Below are positions 63,707 to 64,000 of a DNA stretch of 64,000 nt, piece by piece. Every line of letters begins with the position of its first letter. The stretch's first letter is position 1. A program made the translations under genes and the position numbers. The stretch is from Candidatus Magasanikiibacteriota bacterium (lineage in GTDB: Bacteria; Patescibacteriota; Patescibacteriia; Magasanikbacterales; GWA2-37-8): the NCBI GenBank assembly GCA_026396515.1, contig JAPLWQ010000003.1:99569-163568 (forward strand). The letters run 5' to 3'. The notes beneath the pieces were generated by a model. That model saw nothing but the letters and a program-made list of their open reading frames with translations, did no database searches and had not been told where the DNA came from.

Positions 63707-64000
63707 ATGAATGGCGAAAGTGCAAAAGATAAATTCGCGCGAATTAAAGCCGAACAAGAAGCTAAAAAGAAAGAGGCCGCTGCCGAAACGGCAAGAATGG
63801 CGGCTGAAAAAATGGAAGCGGCGAAAACAGATGTGGAAAAGGTCAGAGCTGAGTTTTTGGAGAATGCTGAAAAGGCGGAGGCTTTAAGAGTTGATATTGA
63901 GGGGTGTGAGACGGAGGATACTTCAAGTTGGGATGAAGAGGCTAAAGCCTCAGCTAAGGAGATTGTTGACGGTATGAAGGCGGAAGAGATGGCTCTGCTT
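63707..64000 (+). CDS. Partial ORF (3' end beyond the window), A/E/K-rich coiled-coil protein
   Basis: The frame is open from ATG 63707 to the window end. Low complexity. Confidence 0.3.
   Translation, partial: MNGESAKDKFARIKAEQEAKKKEAAAETARMAAEKMEAAKTDVEKVRAEFLENAEKAEALRVDIEGCETEDTSSWDEEAKASAKEIVDGMKAEEMALL

Overview
This 64 kb window looks like a low-GC bacterial chromosome of roughly 40-45% GC, judged by eye. The compact genes, the small TsaB, the single-chain GlyRS and the Gram-positive-type LexA box suggest an uncultivated, Patescibacteria/CPR-like or Firmicutes-like organism; that is inference, not a database result. The backbone is housekeeping: CorA, TsaB, a GT2/GT4 envelope cluster, MreB, HolB, RRF, GlyRS, an M16 peptidase, TpiA, a tRNA-Thr/Thr/Tyr-rpmG-tRNA-Trp cluster, an ECF sigma factor, a MacAB-like efflux pump, desulfoferrodoxin, ArfB, ABC transporters, TspO and a GIY-YIG protein. 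The unusual content sits in several accessory patches.

(1) The strongest candidate for a novel system is a defence island at about 40.8-50.6 kb. It holds a beta-class DNA methyltransferase with a small putative restriction endonuclease. Immediately downstream is a triad in which the first two genes overlap by 4 nt (ATGA) and the third follows after a 44-nt gap. The triad is a PLD(HKD)-nuclease/SNF2-helicase fusion, a 1119-aa MmeI/PglX/DrmMI-like gamma-N6A methyltransferase with a putative N-terminal PD-(D/E)xK motif, and a protein with an N-terminal HNH nuclease fused to a DndB-like DGQHK domain. This resembles DISARM in spirit but lacks DrmA/DrmB.

(2) Directly downstream is a roughly 220-nt highly structured RNA with its own sigma70 promoter and intrinsic terminator. 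It has a 21-bp closing helix and UUCG and GAAA tetraloops, and is of unknown family. It precedes a run of small unknown ORFs and an ADP-ribosylglycohydrolase.

(3) A 1.1-kb cassette is duplicated in tandem inside a GC-elevated patch. Each copy has an orphan REC-like receiver protein, a divergently transcribed small protein, a conserved TTGACA-N17-TATTCT promoter with a TGTCAA/TTGACA inverted repeat, and the same terminator.

(4) A large MoxR-like AAA+ (AAA_5) ATPase is paired with a vWA (MIDAS) protein that also carries an HExxH motif.

(5) An HNH endonuclease gene is wedged into the conserved rpmG-tRNA-Trp junction, with a tRNA-Trp-like 5' fragment on its other side.

(6) An SOS module has dinB and lexA convergent around a small HExxH ORF, and lexA divergent from a Pif1-like helicase across a perfect Cheo-type LexA box (GAAC-N4-GTTC).

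(7) A REP-like hairpin repeat family shows compensatory stem changes.

(8) A single GC-rich metallo-beta-lactamase-fold gene with its own terminator looks like a recent horizontal acquisition.

No CRISPR array, rRNA or integrase/transposase was seen. All functional calls are from motif reading by eye; no searches were run.
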